From assembly GCA_017995075.1 (NCBI GenBank), contig JAGOJO010000004.1, positions 11,339 to 75,338 on the forward strand: a stretch of 64,000 nt of DNA, read 5' to 3'. The notes under the pieces are model-generated. The model saw only the letters and a program-made list of their open reading frames with translations. It ran no database searches and was not told the origin of the DNA. This DNA is from Bacteroidia bacterium. GTDB lineage: Bacteria; Bacteroidota; Bacteroidia; AKYH767-A; OLB10. Positions 10,045-18,392 of the stretch are shown here, piece after piece (position 1 is the first letter of the stretch; the number at the start of each line of letters is the position of its first letter). A program made the position numbers and the translations under genes.

Positions 10045-10726
10045 CTACTCCATATTGTTAGCGGAAGATGATCATCATCTGGGTCTTTTGTTGAAAGGTT
10101 ATCTGCAGACAGAAGGATTTAACGTGAGCCTTTATCGCGATGGAGAAGCTGCCCTGGATGCACTTGAAAATGCAAGCTTTGATCTTTGTTTGTTGGATGT
10201 GATGATGCCAAAGTTGGATGGCTTCGGGCTGGCACGTGCAATTCGAAGTAAGGATAAAAAGATTCCGGTGATTTTTATTACGGCAAAATCATTGAAGGAT
10301 GATAAGTTGAAGGGCTACGAGATCGGTGCCGATGATTACATTACTAAGCCATTTGATGAGGAAGAACTCGTTTGGAAGATAAAAGCATTCCTGCGTCGGG
10401 CAGATTCATCGCCTTCCTTAGAAATCGAGGAGGAAGTGTCGATAGGAAAATACCGGTTTCAATACAAAAATCAATTGCTTTTATTGAGTGGTGAATCACG
10501 AAGAATTACTGAGAAAGAAAGTGAGATTCTTCGTTACATTTATTTTCATCGGAATAAAGTCATTAAACGAGAGGAAATGCTCGTGGCGCTATGGGGTACC
10601 AATGATTATTTTCTGGGGAGGAGTCTTGATGTGTTTATTACAAAGATCCGTAAGTACCTGAAAGATGATGAATCCATAAAAATTGAAAATGTCTTCGGTG
10701 TTGGATTTGTGTTTAATACTCCGTAG
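10034..10726 (+). CDS. OmpR/PhoB-type response regulator
   Basis: It has a receiver domain (ILLAEDD, LLDVMMPKLDG, TAK) and a winged-helix domain (GRSLDVFITKIRKYL). An in-frame GTG at 10034 gives MKNNYSILLAEDD and overlaps the kinase stop by 11 nt. The ATG at 9956 would add about 26 aa read across the kinase 3' end. Confidence 0.88.
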   Translation: MKNNYSILLAEDDHHLGLLLKGYLQTEGFNVSLYRDGEAALDALENASFDLCLLDVMMPKLDGFGLARAIRSKDKKIPVIFITAKSLKDDKLKGYEIGADDYITKPFDEEELVWKIKAFLRRADSSPSLEIEEEVSIGKYRFQYKNQLLLLSGESRRITEKESEILRYIYFHRNKVIKREEMLVALWGTNDYFLGRSLDVFITKIRKYLKDDESIKIENVFGVGFVFNTP

Positions 10727-10742
10727 GTGAATTAAAAATACA

Positions 10743-10883
10743 GAGGGAACACAGATGAGGCGGATTAAGCGGTTCCGCAAGTTTATAACTATAAACTTGC
10801 GGAATTCACGGATCTATTTTGTGGAAACTAAAAATTATTGTTAGCCGAATTTAATCCGCGAAAATCAGCTTTGTCCGTGTTCC
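10743..10883 (+). repeat. REP/MITE-like intergenic repeat, short form (copy 1)
   Basis: The element starts GAGGGAACACAGATGAGGCGGATTAA and ends ATCAGCTTTGTCCGTGTTCC, so its ends are imperfect inverted repeats. A perfect 28-bp palindrome CCGCAAGTTTATA-AC-TATAAACTTGCGG lies at 10775-10802. Confidence 0.85.
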
Positions 10884-10932
10884 AAACTATCGGGATTTTG
10901 ATGATGCCGTCAATGAGCAAATTTCCAATTGG

Positions 10933-12063
10933 TCACCGTTTAATTATTTGTGTAATCCGGTCGTTGTGTTTTAGCATGTAAACACCTCTTTCAAATGCAG
11001 ATATGTCAATTCTAAGATGCATAGTAGTGCCGGTTATTTCATTAGCCTCGAAGGTTGCAATTAATTCTCCACGGATTGTATAAAGGTGAAAAGCGTTTTC
11101 GTTGAGTGATTCTTTTTTACAAGATACATTTACAATATCAGCAGTTGGATTGGGGTAAATATAGAAGTCAGCATCCTGATTCGAAATTTCAATAGTTCCG
11201 GTTGCATAAGGTGCTCCAACGAAGATCATTAAATAATTATTGGAGTCAACCCTGAGCACTGTTGGATCTCCACCCTGCAAATTGGTGTTTACGTATCCAT
11301 TCCATACTCCTCCGTTTGCCGAATGATTATACCATATTCCCGTTGATCCTGCACCATAGAATCGTAATTCGGAAGTATCGTTTACCATGTAGTTGCCTGT
11401 CCAGTTGTGACTATTATCAGAGTTGATGTTAGATACGGGAGTGAAGCTTATTCCATCGGGCGAAACATAGTGATATGCTCCTTGTTGCGGACTCCCGATT
11501 GGTGAGGCGTAATGATATCCTGTTTTAAAATAAATAACAGCAGGATCGATTACCCGATTGTTTAGTACATCTACTCGAGGATTCGCTTCGAATGTGAAAT
11601 TTATTCCGTCGGTAGAAACTGCAGAGTAGGTGTCTACTGTTGAGTCAAGAGAAACTGGGGGAGTAGCGCTTGATGAAAAATACATGCGAAGACTATCTCC
11701 TCCAATTGATATAAGGGTTGGGTCAAAAGGTCGCTGATAGCCAGATGGCATTCCGGTAATGATGATGGGTGTTGGGATTGTCCATGATGCTCCGTTGTCA
11801 AATGAAAATTTCACTGCCACCCTGTCCCATGTTGATGACGGGTTTGGTTGTGCGAACCATTGAAATGCTGTTACGAGTGTGTCGCCTTTCCATCTGACTA
11901 CACTGGGAACTCCGGATGAATCCTGAAAGGTTGTTGGTGTATTAAAGTTGATTCCGTCCGTTGACCATGCAATATTCAATGGTTGCTGCCATGGGAATGT
12001 TTGTGCATTTATTTGATTAAAGGATAAAAGAAACAGGAGTAGTAGGGCCGAATGTGTTTTCAT
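10933..12063 (-). CDS. secreted BNR/Asp-box-like protein with a T9SS type A C-terminal sorting domain
   Basis: It has a signal peptide, an Asp-box-like SFDNGASW, and a C-terminal ~80 aa that resembles Por_secre_tail (FYIYPNPTADIVNV ... GVYMLK). Confidence 0.8.
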   Translation of the reverse strand: MKTHSALLLLFLLSFNQINAQTFPWQQPLNIAWSTDGINFNTPTTFQDSSGVPSVVRWKGDTLVTAFQWFAQPNPSSTWDRVAVKFSFDNGASWTIPTPIIITGMPSGYQRPFDPTLISIGGDSLRMYFSSSATPPVSLDSTVDTYSAVSTDGINFTFEANPRVDVLNNRVIDPAVIYFKTGYHYASPIGSPQQGAYHYVSPDGISFTPVSNINSDNSHNWTGNYMVNDTSELRFYGAGSTGIWYNHSANGGVWNGYVNTNLQGGDPTVLRVDSNNYLMIFVGAPYATGTIEISNQDADFYIYPNPTADIVNVSCKKESLNENAFHLYTIRGELIATFEANEITGTTMHLRIDISAFERGVYMLKHNDRITQIIKR

Positions 12064-12136
12064 AGCGGTTATTTATATTTATAAAAATAGAATTTATTTC
12101 GATTCCGGAGAAAATACTCATTCGCGCTCCAAACGG

Positions 12137-12332
12137 GAGGGAACGCAGATGAGTCGGATGGTGCGGTTCCGCAAGTTTATAACTATAAACTTTCGGAATT
12201 CGCTGATTTATTTTCAGGACGAAGTATGTTATTGCATTTCGAATTTAATCCGCGCATTCCGCTTACAGAAATATTGTTCTAAAGATGGAGTTAATTGAAG
12301 CGGAACAGCCAGATCAGCTTCATCCGTGTTCC
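12137..12332 (+). repeat. REP/MITE-like intergenic repeat, long form (copy 2)
   Basis: It has the same termini as copy 1. The palindrome at 12169-12196 carries one mismatch. An extra ~55-nt module contains the hairpin TTCCGCTT...AAGCGGAA. Confidence 0.85.
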
Positions 12333-12347
12333 TCCTTATACGGAGCT

Positions 12348-14327
12348 TTATATTTTGTCCGCAAAGTACATATCAATCTCTCCCTTGTTCTTAGCTTCAA
12401 TTTTGCCTCTGTAGTGACACAGACATTTTTCCTTGACAAGCTCATAGGTGCTTCCACTGATATTTATTTTTCCGGCTTCGGAATGTTGCTCCATTCTTGC
12501 TGCAACATTTACTGTATCACCCCAGATATCGTAGGCATACTTTTTTAAACCGACAACCCCTGCAACTACCGGACCTGTATGTATTCCAATTCGTAGTTCA
12601 AAAGCAGTTTCACCTCTGGCTTCCTTTTCCTTTCTTCTGGTTTCCATAAACTCACGGATTTCAAAAGCTGCCTCCAGCATATCAGAAGCATGTGTAAAGT
12701 TGCTCACCGGTAATCCTCCTACACATAGGTACGCATCGCCGATCGTTTTTATTTTTTCAATCCGATGTTTTTGTAAAATAGTATCAAAGGCACTGAAGCA
12801 CGTATTGATTTCATCTACCAGCAGTTCGGAGCTGATGCGTTCACTGAGATGTGTGAAATCTTTAAAGTCGGTGAACATGACGGTTACCATTGTGAAAGCT
12901 TTGGCTTTGGCACGTCCGGTAGTTTTTATTTCTTCTGCAACTTCAGCGGGAAGAATATTTAGCAATAATTCTTCACTACGCTTTTTTTCTTCTTCGCTGA
13001 TTTTTTTCTCACGGCTGATACGGTTACGTTGTCTCAATACCACGGTTGCGAATAACAATACCACTCCGAATCCAGTCAGTAATCCGTTGCGCACCAATGT
13101 TTGTTTGCGGGTTTCTTCCCGGGCTTTCTCGTCTTTTTTGTCCTGGTCAGCTTTCGCCTGGGCTTCTTTTTTATCGTATTCAAATTGAAGTTGCTGTGCA
13201 GTGATTTTTTGGGTTGTTTCGAGGTTAACGAGGCTATCCTGGTTGATTATATATGACTTGTAATGTGCGAGCGCCGATTTGAAATCACCGGTTGCGCTGT
13301 CGAGTCTGGAGAACTGAAGCTCTGATAGCATGATGCTTTGTACGTCGCCAAGTTCCTTTGCTGTATTGAGTGCCTCGTTTAATACTTTACGGGCTTCAGC
13401 ATACTTTTTTTGGATGATATAAACTTCGCCAATATTTATTTGGGAATAGGAGATGCCGTATTTTTCGTTTTGCTCTTTTCGGATTTCCAATGAAGCGAAA
13501 AAGTTTTTCAGTGCTTCTTCGTACTTACCCTGTTTCTTCAGATTGTTGCCGATGTTATTGTATGCATCTCCAATGCTTTTTTTATTGCCTTGTTCACGTG
13601 CAATTTCCAGTGCAAGTGTATGATGCTTCAGCGCTTCAGGGTAATTCCCGAGGTCAAAGTATAAATTGCCAATATTGATATGCGACGAGATGTATTCAGC
13701 ACGGTCACCTGTTTCTTCACGTAGTGCCAGGGACTTTTTGTACATCTTCATCGCCATCTCTTTATTCCCCTGGTTGTTGTAGATGAGTCCGATGTTGTTG
13801 TAAGAACCGGCTTGTAGTTTTTTATCTCCAAGTTGTTCGCGGATCTTTAATGCTGAAAGAAAATGTTTCAGACTTATTGGATAGTTCCCCTGCTGATAGT
13901 AAATAGTCCCGATTCCATTGTGCGATTCGGAAATTCCGGACAGGTCTTGAATTTCATTGCGGATTTTTAATGATTGTTGAAAATACATTAAAGCGGTATC
14001 ATACTCACCTTTGTACCAGTAGAGTACTCCTTTGCAGGATAAAGCACCTCCCCATCCTTTTTTATCTCCAATGCTGATAGCCCGCTTTTCACCACTTGCG
14101 GCATAGAACATGCTTTGCTGTGGATCGCTTCCCCGATAAAGTTTGGATAGTTGAAGCATCAACTCTACTGCTACGGTGTCCTGTAAACCTTGCCCTCTGT
14201 TTATCTCCTTCCTCGATGTTTCATATTGGTTAAGCGCTTTTATCAGGGAGTCGGTTTTCTCTTCCTGAGCTACAAGACGTAATGGAAAAGACAATAAGAT
14301 AGAAATAATTAAACCGCGAAGTAGCAT
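12348..14327 (-). CDS. TPR-repeat membrane adenylate/guanylate cyclase (class III)
   Basis: The order of parts is a signal/TM segment, multiple TPR-like repeats, a TM segment, a coiled coil and a CYCc domain (FTDFKDFT, IGDAYL, RIGIHTGPVVAGVVG, DIWGDTVNVAARME). I prefer the ATG at 14327 (MLLRGLIISILL) over the TTG at 14429. Confidence 0.85.
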   Translation of the reverse strand: MLLRGLIISILLSFPLRLVAQEEKTDSLIKALNQYETSRKEINRGQGLQDTVAVELMLQLSKLYRGSDPQQSMFYAASGEKRAISIGDKKGWGGALSCKGVLYWYKGEYDTALMYFQQSLKIRNEIQDLSGISESHNGIGTIYYQQGNYPISLKHFLSALKIREQLGDKKLQAGSYNNIGLIYNNQGNKEMAMKMYKKSLALREETGDRAEYISSHINIGNLYFDLGNYPEALKHHTLALEIAREQGNKKSIGDAYNNIGNNLKKQGKYEEALKNFFASLEIRKEQNEKYGISYSQINIGEVYIIQKKYAEARKVLNEALNTAKELGDVQSIMLSELQFSRLDSATGDFKSALAHYKSYIINQDSLVNLETTQKITAQQLQFEYDKKEAQAKADQDKKDEKAREETRKQTLVRNGLLTGFGVVLLFATVVLRQRNRISREKKISEEEKKRSEELLLNILPAEVAEEIKTTGRAKAKAFTMVTVMFTDFKDFTHLSERISSELLVDEINTCFSAFDTILQKHRIEKIKTIGDAYLCVGGLPVSNFTHASDMLEAAFEIREFMETRRKEKEARGETAFELRIGIHTGPVVAGVVGLKKYAYDIWGDTVNVAARMEQHSEAGKINISGSTYELVKEKCLCHYRGKIEAKNKGEIDMYFADKI

Positions 14328-14453
14328 AGGTGTGAGCGCTCTGGAAGTGATTTTTGCTAAAAGTACAAAACGAGGTTCTTCGTTGCGAATTTTATTTTGG
14401 TAATCCCCGCTTTCGGTGATAAAAGTCAATTTCCGATGATGGGCTTATTCGAG

Positions 14454-14648
14454 GAGGGAACACAAATGAGACGGATGGTGCGGTTCCGAAAGTTTATAAC
14501 TATAAACTTTCGGAATTCACGGATTTATTTTGTGGAAACCAAACACTCTTGTTGATCAGATTTAATCTGTGCATTCCGCTTACAGAAATATTGTTCTAAA
14601 GATGGAGTTAATTGAAGCGGAACAGCCAGATCAGCTTCATCCGTGTTC
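14454..14648 (+). repeat. REP/MITE-like intergenic repeat, long form (copy 3)
   Basis: A perfect palindrome CCGAAAGTTTATA-AC-TATAAACTTTCGG lies at 14486-14513. The 3' ~80 nt are identical to copy 2. Confidence 0.85.
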
Positions 14649-14655
14649 AAAACGG

Positions 14656-14735
14656 GAGGGAACACAGATGAGGCGAATTAAACGGTTCCGCAAGTTTATA
14701 ACTATAAACTTGCGGAATTCGCGGATTTATTTTTT
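14656..14735 (+). repeat. REP/MITE-like repeat, left half only (copy 4), abutting copy 3
   Basis: It reads GAGGGAACACAGATGAGGCGAATTAA, then a perfect palindrome at 14688-14715, then CGCGGATTTATTTT. It overlaps the stop codon (14727-14729) of the next gene. Confidence 0.8.
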
Positions 14736-15179
14736 CTCTGAAGCAGGAATTTCTCTCCAGGTATAACTTTTTTGTACAATCTGCCAGGAGCCTTCGTACT
14801 TCATGAGTAAAAAATAATCAGTGAATATTCTCCAGTTGGGTATAATGATTTCGGCTTTTGCCATCGCAGCATTGTTTTCTACATCGATGGAGATGATCCT
14901 CCCGATTCTATTTGCCTTTTCACCGGGTTTGATATTGGCTATGTACTCCTTTCCTGAGCGGATTCTTAAACTGTCTTTGTCGGTGACTGTGTAGAGATTG
15001 AAATCCGGGTGGAACGCTGTTTTTAGTTTCTCCGGTTCGCCGTTGGCTGTTCCGTCAATGTAGTTCATCAGAGTAGTAGTGATTTGATCAATGTCCGATG
15101 CTGTTTTGTTGGTTTGAGCGGTTGCATTTGTGCCGAAGAGAACTGCAATGCAAACGAAGAAATAGTAGATGGATTTCAT
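14727..15179 (-). CDS. secreted NTF2-fold (putative lumazine-binding family-like) protein
   Basis: The signal peptide is MKSIYYFFVCIAVLFGTNATAQ. Size and pattern (DGTANGEPEKLKTAFHPDF ... AKAEI) resemble the SnoaL/lumazine-binding-like family. I prefer the internal ATG at 15179. Confidence 0.5.
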   Translation of the reverse strand: MKSIYYFFVCIAVLFGTNATAQTNKTASDIDQITTTLMNYIDGTANGEPEKLKTAFHPDFNLYTVTDKDSLRIRSGKEYIANIKPGEKANRIGRIISIDVENNAAMAKAEIIIPNWRIFTDYFLLMKYEGSWQIVQKSYTWREIPASEKK

Positions 15180-15274
15180 AATGGGTTGGTTGGAAGGATT
15201 CAAATACAATAGGTGTTCTTCATCTTTCGCCACCACAAATTTCAAGCCGAAAATAGTTTTTTGTATAAACTCGA

Positions 15275-15808
15275 TTAGTTATTCCATAAGCTGATTTTGT
15301 CCATCAGTTTCCATTCATTATTTATCAGAATGCACCTGCTTATTTTTAATTGATAGGCAGTTTCGCCGCTTGTGAAATAGATAGTAATTTTAGTTGCTAC
15401 AACGGATTTTAAATCGAAAAGTGTGACCGGCTTTTGAATGATACTGTCAACTTTAATATTGCTTATATCGATTTCTTTAGATTTAAATTTATCCCGAATT
15501 CGACGAATGTTCTGTAATGCTCCGGTTTGGATATTGCTTACCAGACTGTCGGTATTGATTGCCGGGTTGTTTTGCTCTTTTCGTGCCATCTGTTGAATCC
15601 ATTCGAAGCCATCTTTATCCGGCAGACATTGATATATCAGGCTGTCGTTCGTTGATCTTAATGCATTCAAAACACATTGTGCTAAAGGGTCAATAGTTGA
15701 ACCTGTTTGCGCAGATGTATGATGGTAAAAAAGCATTGCGATTACAAAAAGTGAGGAGACTCTTTTTCTAATTTTGAGAATACTGACTACTGAAAGATAC
15801 GTCTTCAA
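15275..15808 (-). CDS. hypothetical secreted protein (177 aa)
   Basis: The ORF has an N-terminal hydrophobic signal-like segment. I recognise no motif. Confidence 0.45.
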   Translation of the reverse strand: MKTYLSVVSILKIRKRVSSLFVIAMLFYHHTSAQTGSTIDPLAQCVLNALRSTNDSLIYQCLPDKDGFEWIQQMARKEQNNPAINTDSLVSNIQTGALQNIRRIRDKFKSKEIDISNIKVDSIIQKPVTLFDLKSVVATKITIYFTSGETAYQLKISRCILINNEWKLMDKISLWNN

Positions 15809-15839
15809 TTATCGATATGTTTCTTTAAGTTTTGCAGGC

Positions 15840-16406
15840 TTACTTAAGTACAACTGTAATGCGATCGAGTCGTGAATCACTTGATTCGTAAGTGCTGCCT
15901 GTCCCTTGAAAGCGGATCAATACACTGTCGGTAGTAAGCAGGTTGAATGTATCGCTTACAGAAAATTGTTGCCAGTTATTCCAGACTCCGGTATTTAATA
16001 AACTCTCATCAATCCTGGTTCCGTTTCGTATTTGCGCGATCGTAGCTGTTAAACTGTTTTGGCCCGAATAGAGTGTTGCATAAAAATTCAAATTTAGCAC
16101 TTGCTGTCCTGAAATGTTGGTCAGGTATCTTTCCGCATAGCTGTAATGTAGTTTTTGTGCTTTAAGATTCAACGCCCAGTTTCCTCCATCCGGACAGTCT
16201 GATGCAACTAATGTGTCGTAAGTAACTCCTGCGTAGTAGTCGTAGAATAAATTCCATCCATTTAAATCCTGATCACCTGCTTCAAATCCTGTTTCAAACA
16301 AAATAATTTCCTGTATGGGAGGTATGGTAGTTAACTCATCTTCCTTTGCACAAGAGATGATAAGCAATGTACTTAATAATAAAGCAGCGTATGATTTCAT
16401 GGACAC
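15840..16406 (-). CDS. hypothetical lipoprotein (188 aa)
   Basis: The lipobox is LLIISC and the composition is beta-rich. I recognise no motif. Confidence 0.5.
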   Translation of the reverse strand: MSMKSYAALLLSTLLIISCAKEDELTTIPPIQEIILFETGFEAGDQDLNGWNLFYDYYAGVTYDTLVASDCPDGGNWALNLKAQKLHYSYAERYLTNISGQQVLNLNFYATLYSGQNSLTATIAQIRNGTRIDESLLNTGVWNNWQQFSVSDTFNLLTTDSVLIRFQGTGSTYESSDSRLDRITVVLK

Positions 16407-16535
16407 ATAACTAGTTCTTAGACAGAACTTACAACTCGAAGGTACAAATAAAATTTAGATACATCTTTTTGCAAATCATAACCTTTCCTCCGCGACAGGC
16501 ATATCAAATCAACGACCAAAATAATCCCTCCATTT

Positions 16536-16580
16536 GAACACAGATTAAACGGATTGCACTGATTCTCGCGGATCTATTCC
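16536..16580 (+). repeat. degenerate fragment of the CGGAT-rich repeat family
   Basis: GAACACAGATTAAACGGATTGCACTGATTCTCGCGGATCTATTCC shares the GAACACAGAT and GCGGATCTATT words with copies 1-4 but lacks the palindrome. Confidence 0.5.
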
Positions 16581-16604
16581 TGTCACGAATTTAACTATGT
16601 AATA

Positions 16605-17140
16605 ATTTGCCAACTTGCCAACTTGCCAATCCACCAATTCACCCCCGAGGTTCGCATAACTCACTCGGGGCCTTCGGCAATCCACCCCCGAGGTTCCACG
16701 AGGCAAGCTCCTGACTTACGCATAACTCACTCGAGGCCTTCGGCAACTTGCCAACTTGCCAATTTGCCAACTTGCCAATTCACCAATTCACCAATCCACC
16801 AATTCACCAATCCACCAATCCACCCCCGAGGTTCGTATAACTCACTCGGGGCCTTCGGCAATCCACCCCCGAGGTTCCAGGAGGCAAGCTCCCGACAAGC
16901 GCTCCTCACTCGGTGCCTTCGGCAATTTGCCAATTTGCCAATCCACCAATCCACCAATTCACCCCCGAGGTTCGCATAACTCACTCGGGGCCTTCAGCAA
17001 TTTGCCAATTTGCCAATTTGCCAATCCACCAATCCACCAATCCACCAATTCACCAATCCACCAATCCACCAATTCACCAATCCGCCAATCCACCCCCGAG
17101 GTTCGTATAACTCACTCGAGGCCTTCGGCAATTTGCCAAT
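16605..17140. repeat. hierarchical octamer microsatellite / hairpin-module array
   Basis: About 35 head-to-tail 8-bp units (AAYTTGCC, then AATYCACC) form four blocks of 5, 10, 5 and 12 units. The blocks are separated by six copies of a module that starts CCCCGAGGTTC and ends GCCTTCRGC. Confidence 0.92.
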
Positions 17141-17150
17141 TCCAAATCTG

Positions 17151-17158
17151 TATCTTTG
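17151..17158 (+). promoter_or_regulatory. candidate Bacteroidota -7 promoter box (TAnnTTTG) for holB
   Basis: TATCTTTG lies at 17151-17158, 4 nt before the holB ATG (17163). This would imply a leaderless or near-leaderless mRNA. TTTG words occur in the upstream AATTTGCC octamers. Confidence 0.35.
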
Positions 17159-17162
17159 TTCC

Positions 17163-18302
17163 ATGCAATTCTCCTCCGTAATCGGCCAGCAGGCAGTAAA
17201 AGACCGGTTAATATCATCGAGTCGTGAAGGACGCGTTTCCCATGCTTTATTGTTTTTCGGACAACCTGGTTCAGGAGTATTGCCGATGGCCCGTGCATTT
17301 GCGCAGTACCTGAATTGTGAATCACCTGCCGAGACGGATAGTTGCGGTATATGTGGCTCTTGCCGCCGGGCATCAAAAATGGTACATCCTGATATTCACT
17401 ATGTCTATCCGATTGTAACCGGAAAAGTGAGGAATGCCACGAGTGTTGATTTCATTGAGGAATGGCGTAATCTCATATTGCCACATCCGTATTCGAGTTT
17501 GAATGATTGGGTTGATTTTATCACAGATGGTGATAGCAAAAACAAACAGGGGCTTATTCCTGCAGAAGAAGCACAGCATATCATTCATAAAATCAGTCTG
17601 AAAGCATTCGAAGGAAAGTACAAGGTGGTGATTATCTGGATGCCGGAAAAAATGAATCTGACATCGGCCAATAAATTGCTGAAGAGCCTGGAAGAGCCGC
17701 CAAATGATACGGTGTTTATTCTGGCCTCGGAAGCCCGGGATCAGCTGATGACTACGATTTTGAGTCGTACCCAGTTGGTGAAACTGGCACGTTTAACCGA
17801 CGAAGAGGTGGCTGCCGGTATTGCTGAGGCTGCTTCCCTGTCGATGGCGGAGGCTTTTGATCTGGCCCGTTTGACGGAAGGTGATTACAATCTCGCCCTC
17901 GAACTGGCTGGACGAGAGAAGGGCTCCGGCTCACATGAAGAAGCATTCCTGAACTGGATGCGCCTCTGTTTCAATCCGTTTAAGACCATGGACAAGCTGT
18001 TGGCGTGGGTAGATGGGATGGCTGCAGAGTCGAAGGAAGAGCAGAAACAGTTTCTCGCTGCTAACCTTTCGGTTTTGAGAGAATGTGTGTTGATAAATAT
18101 GGCAGATGGTCCCCTGGTGAAGATGGTGGCCTCGCAACGTACTGTGGTTCAGAAGTTTCTGCCGTTTATCAATGTAAATAATGCCGATACATTCATGGAT
18201 GCTTTGAGTGAGGCTTCGTTTCATCTGGAAAGGAATGCGCATGCAAAGATCTTATTCTTAGATTTGTCATTGAAGATTCATTCGATTCTTCAGATTAAAT
18301 AG
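17163..18302 (+). CDS. holB: DNA polymerase III subunit delta'
   Basis: The N-terminus is MQFSSVIGQQAVKDRL...HALLFFGQPGSGV, with a Cys cluster CGICGSCRR and a sensor motif ILSRTQ. The track ORF from 17010 is an artefactual extension into the octamer array. Confidence 0.85.
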   Translation: MQFSSVIGQQAVKDRLISSSREGRVSHALLFFGQPGSGVLPMARAFAQYLNCESPAETDSCGICGSCRRASKMVHPDIHYVYPIVTGKVRNATSVDFIEEWRNLILPHPYSSLNDWVDFITDGDSKNKQGLIPAEEAQHIIHKISLKAFEGKYKVVIIWMPEKMNLTSANKLLKSLEEPPNDTVFILASEARDQLMTTILSRTQLVKLARLTDEEVAAGIAEAASLSMAEAFDLARLTEGDYNLALELAGREKGSGSHEEAFLNWMRLCFNPFKTMDKLLAWVDGMAAESKEEQKQFLAANLSVLRECVLINMADGPLVKMVASQRTVVQKFLPFINVNNADTFMDALSEASFHLERNAHAKILFLDLSLKIHSILQIK

Positions 18303-18392
18303 AACTCTTTCCGTTGTCGGTCTTCAGTGGTTCGACGCAAAAACGGAATGTCAATATAATAAGCCAACAGGCGGTACATAAAACAGCAAACT

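Noticed and set aside
12285-12548. ORFs starting MELIEAEQPDQLHPC..., also present at 14569-14766.
   Set aside because: The shared peptide is encoded by the identical 3' module of the long-form repeats. The ORFs then run antisense into neighbouring genes or other repeat copies, so they are repeat artefacts.
10743-16580. Reading the repeat-gene-repeat layout as an integron cassette array with attC sites.
   Set aside because: No intI integrase or attI is present. The repeats are conserved in sequence, whereas attC sites are conserved mainly in structure, and they lack the R''/R' GTTRRRY core sites. The layout is kept only as a looser cassette-like observation.
16605-17140. Reading the octamer array as an oriC-like cluster of DnaA boxes, since AATCCACC resembles part of TTATCCACA.
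   Set aside because: The match is only 6-7 of 9 positions and always lacks the flanking TT and final A. The units are head-to-tail at 8-bp spacing, which differs from the spacing of known DnaA boxes. There is no adjacent AT-rich unwinding element and no dnaA or dnaN gene.
16623-17181. Plus- and minus-strand ORFs encoding PIHQSTN-type repeats, and the 17010 start that extends holB by 51 codons.
   Set aside because: They are products of stop-free 8-bp repeats, which give an 8-aa period in every frame. The conserved delta-prime N-terminus begins at MQFSSVIGQQ (17163), which is preceded by a TAnnTTTG box.
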